A DNA stretch of 30,373 nucleotides, taken from the IMG/VR virus record IMGVR_UViG_3300036940_000489, positions 1 through 30,373 of that record; one strand, written 5' to 3'. Source of the DNA: a virus. Lineage: Duplodnaviria; Caudoviricetes. Of the stretch, positions 26,353 through 30,373 are shown piece after piece; positions within the stretch are counted from its first letter, which is position 1; each line of letters opens with the position of its first letter. The notes beneath the pieces are model-generated. The model ran no database searches and was not told where the DNA came from. It saw only the letters and a program-made list of their open reading frames with translations. Both the position numbers and the translations under genes were made by a program.

Positions 26353-28800
26353 TTAAATCCCTATCCTATCTTGAGCCGCAGCCAACCGATCCCAATAACT
26401 CTCATCATCAGATTCAACCTCAAGCCGTTGGCTCATACGCTCGTGAACATCACTCATTCTGTCGATATTCTCTTTATATTTTTCTGATAGTGATTTTTCT
26501 GTGTTTTCCGAACCTTTGTGGCGAATAAACTCCACCATCTCATAAATCTCACCAGTCTCTTTATTGTACTTCACCTTCGGTGGTTCGTGTATATCTGCCC
26601 GTTGCATCAAATCCATTGGCTCCAGTGACTTACCAAGATTTTCTTCAACACGTCTGTCAATATCCTCTTTCATTTTCTTGATTTCTTTCTCGCGATGCCG
26701 TTTTTCTTCCTGGTGTTTACCCACCAATTCACCACCGTCGAGATAAGAAACCTTACCATATCTATATTTTGGTACTTCGCCGATCAACGCGCCGCTTGGC
26801 TCATAAAGCCAGATTTTACTGTCATCATTAGCATTATATTTGATAAAAAACTCTTTACCTGCCGGTAATTGACTGAGCCAGTTATCCCAGTAATATCTGT
26901 ATTTATCTCTGCCACGTCTGTCTTTACCATCTTTACCGAATTGAATAAGGCCATTTTTACGGACAACATAGGGTTTATCAGACACCGGCAATAGACAGTG
27001 ACGCAAGTCTTCATACGGCATTCGTTTTTTAGGATGATCTTCAAACCATTCGTCCCACATCTCATTAGGTGATTTACTGCCATTAGGTGCCCAGTTATTA
27101 GCAATATCAAAGAGATAATGATTCATAGTCTCGATCAACTCTTCACGACTGGGAAATTTGCCTTTACTCTTATCCACAATCCATTTATCAGGACGCTTAC
27201 GGAGCAACTCAGCAGTATAACCATTGAAATGGCTCTTATCGTGTACTCGCGCCATATCCCGGAATTTTCTTTCGATATATTTTGCTTTGGCATTATGAAC
27301 AATTGAGAAATAGACATTTTCCGGCCCGTGGATTTGGGCAATTGGTGAAAGCAGTTTTTCCTCCACATCATCTTTACTGGCCAGTTTCGAACGCCCGGCT
27401 TTTAGATAATCACTACCATTATCCATTTGCACCACAGTTCCCACATGGTCACTATCAGCCTCCAGGAGACCGTCAAGTACAGACTGTACATTAAAGTCTT
27501 CGGGATAAGTCACACTGAGAAATTTACCTGTAGCCCCATCCATCCATGCTTGTACTTTCAGTCTCATTCCAGCCTTACCAGCACCAAAACTCACATCTAT
27601 GATACGACCATCAGCCACATACAAATCACCCGGATTCAGACTGTCAGGATCACGAAGAATTGTTGGGAAACCATAGTCATCAAAAGCCTTATGCCCTTCG
27701 CGGAGCCTGATAGTAAAATCCTGGGGATGAGATTTGATCCAGCGATAGACCGTCACCCTGGCCGGCACATTCCAGCCCTTTTCCTTAGCCCGCCAGAGCA
27801 GGTTCTGATAGCAATGGTCAAAATCCCGCTTCTCCTCAGTAAAATAGATAGAGGAGAGATAGTCCTTAGCCCCCTGGCTAAAGGCTGCCTTTCCTTTACC
27901 TCTATTACTATATTGACGAACAAGCCCGTCTTTGCCACCTTTTTTGAGATCACCATACCACCGGTGCAGACTGCTTTTACTCACCTTCAGGTCATCGCCG
28001 TGATCCATATTCCACAGCCTGACAAAATCACTATCAGCCTTATCTTTATTTTTTCGCTTGCTAAATTTTCTGTATCTCTGCCATTCCTCAAGACACCGCT
28101 CAATCATATCCACCCGAATACGCTCATCCATATTCGCCCGCGCATATGCACCCGCGCCCTGCGTAGCCAAAGGCGAAGCATGGGTAAAACCCTCTGCGCC
28201 ATCTGTGCCTCTGTGGCTATTTATCTTGCCTATTGAAGCCAGAAACCGCACCTTCACATCTTCATCCAGGTTATCCAACCCATAAAATTTCTTCAATCCA
28301 CCATTATCAGGAACCTGGATAAATGACCAATGATTGCGCTTTGCTTTAATAATCACACTATTCTTTTTTACGCTTAAAAGTGTCACCACCTTTGAAGCAC
28401 TAAGGTAATATGCGTTATTATGATAAATAATTGATTTATCGCCGTTTAAATACTCAAAACCAGTGTCACCACCTTTGTCACCACCTTGAGAATTATTTTC
28501 CTTTGAAAATTTCACACAATTTGGGATATTACCTTGTAGAGACAGGGCACGCTCTGTCTTAGACAAAACAGAGGTTAGATTGTCACTGCTTTTTGATAAG
28601 ATATGAGAAGATGGATATTCCTTTATTAAGTCGAGGAACCGCTCACGCTGGAGATATTGCACAGGCACCACGGCACACCTGCCGCCCTTGCCTTTGCCCT
28701 TCACATACACGATATACCCCAGTTTCTTATACCGGTTATATATCGTGCGACGGGTCGAGTACAGCGCCTGAGCCAGATCAGTTACCGGGATAGCTTCCAA
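26353..28800 (-). CDS. MuA-like DDE transposase
   Basis: Catalytic motifs YVADG, QMDNGSDY, AKAKYIERKF; Mu-type N-terminal DNA-binding domains; start placed at TTG 28800 (GGGAGG SD 6 nt upstream) rather than 28827. Confidence 0.95.
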   Translation of the reverse strand: MEAIPVTDLAQALYSTRRTIYNRYKKLGYIVYVKGKGKGGRCAVVPVQYLQRERFLDLIKEYPSSHILSKSSDNLTSVLSKTERALSLQGNIPNCVKFSKENNSQGGDKGGDTGFEYLNGDKSIIYHNNAYYLSASKVVTLLSVKKNSVIIKAKRNHWSFIQVPDNGGLKKFYGLDNLDEDVKVRFLASIGKINSHRGTDGAEGFTHASPLATQGAGAYARANMDERIRVDMIERCLEEWQRYRKFSKRKNKDKADSDFVRLWNMDHGDDLKVSKSSLHRWYGDLKKGGKDGLVRQYSNRGKGKAAFSQGAKDYLSSIYFTEEKRDFDHCYQNLLWRAKEKGWNVPARVTVYRWIKSHPQDFTIRLREGHKAFDDYGFPTILRDPDSLNPGDLYVADGRIIDVSFGAGKAGMRLKVQAWMDGATGKFLSVTYPEDFNVQSVLDGLLEADSDHVGTVVQMDNGSDYLKAGRSKLASKDDVEEKLLSPIAQIHGPENVYFSIVHNAKAKYIERKFRDMARVHDKSHFNGYTAELLRKRPDKWIVDKSKGKFPSREELIETMNHYLFDIANNWAPNGSKSPNEMWDEWFEDHPKKRMPYEDLRHCLLPVSDKPYVVRKNGLIQFGKDGKDRRGRDKYRYYWDNWLSQLPAGKEFFIKYNANDDSKIWLYEPSGALIGEVPKYRYGKVSYLDGGELVGKHQEEKRHREKEIKKMKEDIDRRVEENLGKSLEPMDLMQRADIHEPPKVKYNKETGEIYEMVEFIRHKGSENTEKSLSEKYKENIDRMSDVHERMSQRLEVESDDESYWDRLAAAQDRIGI

Positions 28801-29002
28801 AGCCTTCCTCCCTGCCGATTCTGGCAAAAGTCGCGTCAGTAAAGAGACGAATACTCAGTTCTATATCGGGATTACGTCGCTGGCCCTTTTTTACGTAAGT
28901 AATCATTGCGGGAGAGACATCAAATCGCTTAGCAAAATCCGATTGCGTCATTCCAGCCATCTTCAGAGCCGCTGCAAACTTCTTTTCATTGATTTCAAAC
29001 AA
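28778..29002 (-). CDS. Ner/Cro-like HTH regulator
   Basis: LKMAGMTQSDFAKRFDVSPAMITYVKKG HTH; TTG start with GAGG SD; divergent from repressor. Confidence 0.85.
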   Translation of the reverse strand: MFEINEKKFAAALKMAGMTQSDFAKRFDVSPAMITYVKKGQRRNPDIELSIRLFTDATFARIGREEGFGSYPGN

Positions 29003-29097
29003 TATGCAACCTCTTGTTTTTCGAGAGGTAAGAAAAAATTAAAGGCTTGGCGGCTTTTTTTTTCTTACCTTAGTTAAAATTGTTAACAATGTAATTT

Positions 29098-29142
29098 ATG
29101 AAAATACTTCATAATTACAAATAAAAAATGAAAGTTCTTCAT
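29098..29142. promoter_or_regulatory. Two candidate repressor operators ATGAA-N5-TTCAT
   Basis: ATGAAAATACTTCAT (29098-29112) and ATGAAAGTTCTTCAT (29128-29142), 30 bp apart, in the repressor/ner divergent region. Confidence 0.7.
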
Positions 29143-29145
29143 TTT

Positions 29146-29535
29146 ATGTTTAAAGACCGTCTAAAAGAGGCTATGAAAAAAACTGGATACACCCAGCAAA
29201 AATTAGCTACGAAAATAGGCGTAGATCAAGGTACTATTAGCCATTATGTTAGAGGAGTATCTGAGCCCGATATAAATAGAGTTGCGGAGATAGGGGATGC
29301 ACTTGGAATTAACTTAAATTGGCTACTTCTAGGCAAAGGAGAGATGTTAGTTGAGGCAATTGAAAAAATCATAGATCAACGTGTAGAAACCGAGAAAAAA
29401 CAACTATTAAAAGAAAAGGCTCGCGCAGAATCAGAAGATAAAGTACTCCAAAGGGAGATTGAAAATCTTGATAAAGAAGAGCAAGAATTACTTCTTAGGT
29501 TTCTTGCTAAACGAAGACCTTTGACCACCCTGTGA
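29146..29535 (+). CDS. XRE-family immunity repressor (no peptidase domain)
   Basis: FKDRLKEAMKK.GYTQQKLA.KIGVDQGTISHYVRG.SEP...NLNWLLLGKGEM; start at 29146 or 29128. Confidence 0.9.
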   Translation: MFKDRLKEAMKKTGYTQQKLATKIGVDQGTISHYVRGVSEPDINRVAEIGDALGINLNWLLLGKGEMLVEAIEKIIDQRVETEKKQLLKEKARAESEDKVLQREIENLDKEEQELLLRFLAKRRPLTTL

Positions 29536-29663
29536 TACGATCCGCTATGTATATATCACACGACTTACTATTTGTATTCATGGGGATGCCTGGTGAGAAT
29601 GTTGACTTACTTATTAGATGTTATTTCAATTGCTTACAAACAATTTTAGGAGTACTATCATGA
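29532..29663 (+). CDS. Possible 43-aa peptide coupled to both neighbours
   Basis: GTGA overlap with repressor stop and ATGA overlap with next start; no clear SD. Confidence 0.3.
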   Translation: MIRSAMYISHDLLFVFMGMPGENVDLLIRCYFNCLQTILGVLS

Positions 29664-30040
29664 TGAGAAGAGTCTTATTTATACTATTTACAATTTGCCT
29701 TATTACCTCTACCACTTCCGCTCAAAACAGAACATATACAATTAGAAAATACATGAATAAACCAACAACATTTAAAACTGCTGATAGTCTGGTGGTTACT
29801 AAAAGCCATTATCAGTTTGGTGTTGCAAAATTCAAACTCAGCCCAGTAGTTATAATATCCTGTGATTCAGATACCCTTTACTATAACAAGACTCTTAGAC
29901 ACTTAGAAGAGACAAATATTCCAGACCCTGATCTCCGTTCAGCAAAATCATTAGAATCTATCGCTAAAAGCATGAGAGTTATGACTACCATTCAAGTAGG
30001 CATATTGATAGCAACAATTGTTATTACTCTTTTATCTTGA
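29660..30040 (+). CDS. Exported, C-terminally membrane-anchored protein (lysogenic accessory gene)
   Basis: AGGAG SD before ATG 29660; signal peptide MMRRVLFILFTICLITSTTSA; hydrophobic C-terminus. Confidence 0.72.
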   Translation: MMRRVLFILFTICLITSTTSAQNRTYTIRKYMNKPTTFKTADSLVVTKSHYQFGVAKFKLSPVVIISCDSDTLYYNKTLRHLEETNIPDPDLRSAKSLESIAKSMRVMTTIQVGILIATIVITLLS

Positions 30041-30160
30041 TGTGTATATATCCATGTTCTCTGCTATCCCTATATTGTTCGTGATTACACTACAGTCTGC
30101 TCCACACCCACCGGAAGCATCCCCATTATTATATTCGGCACATTCCGTACCGTTTCCCAC

Positions 30161-30337
30161 AAAGGTATTTTGTCCTAAACTGTTTGAAATTTTCGTTCCA
30201 GATATTCCCATTTTTTCCATATTTTTCCCATTTCACGATTTCACACAATTTGGGATATTTACCTTTATAACTCATTATTATTACAGCCAATTACCCCATT
30301 TCCAGACAAAGGTAATTTCATCCCAAATTGCATGACA
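30161..30337. repeat. Repressor-side end: three transposase-binding-type sites and terminal CA
   Basis: 30161-30190 (inverted relative to 34-63), 30238-30266 (direct), 30308-30337 (inverted; reads TGTCATGCAATTTGGGATGAAATTACCTTT from the terminal TG). Confidence 0.8.
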
Positions 30338-30373
30338 CGCCATAGGACGGCATTCGACAAAACCAGGAATATA

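Larger units (their letters stand above)
1..30337 (-). mobile_element. Mu-like transposable (pro)phage, siphovirus-type tail, nearly complete
   Basis: Repressor/Ner/MuA/MuB module, DUF3164, GemA, DUF935-type portal, gp36-like, full head/tail/lysis set. Matching inverted repeats at both ends (34-63 vs 30161-30190, 28/30 identical). No sheath, baseplate or integrase gene seen. Confidence 0.95.

Noticed and set aside
27427-28236. Long antisense ORFs (269 aa here; also 6727-7335, 8134-8784, 20415-20984, 25058-25510)
   Set aside because: They are shadows of well-supported genes on the opposite strand, with no recognisable motifs.
30018-30335. ORFs 30018-30335 (+) and 30032-30220 (-)
   Set aside because: They run across the end-binding sites, have low-complexity translations and lack convincing starts.

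Overview
The window is an essentially complete, compact (~30.3 kb) Mu-like transposable phage or prophage with a non-contractile (siphovirus-type) tail, in reverse orientation. From right to left it carries: a TG/CA terminus at ~30337 with transposase-binding repeats; an XRE repressor and a divergent Ner/Cro; MuA DDE transposase; MuB ATPase; early accessory genes (DUF3164, GemA/DUF1018); an Ogr/Delta-like Zn finger; and a MuF-like head protein with a C-terminal PD-(D/E)xK toxin-like domain plus a small partner gene and DUF2513. A + strand packaging block (TerS, TerL, portal, gpG-like) follows. The minus-strand late operon then encodes gp36/gp37-like proteins, Clp protease/scaffold, capsid, tail tube, holin/lysozyme, a frameshifting tail chaperone, tape measure and tail-tip/fibre genes, ending in tandem end repeats at 12-63. 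The main unexpected observations are: (1) at least six families of short palindromic or periodic repeats, nested in one another, co-oriented within families, and inserted in frame in several proteins or fused to ribosome-binding sites; (2) a candidate transposition enhancer inside the MuA gene, which has two Mu-type N-terminal DNA-binding domains; (3) a tRNA-like mini-RNA with no anticodon arm, on the same strand upstream of a MuF toxin with a possible tRNase fold; (4) a hairpin that occludes the SD of the first late gene. All family assignments come from motif recognition by eye, not database searches.
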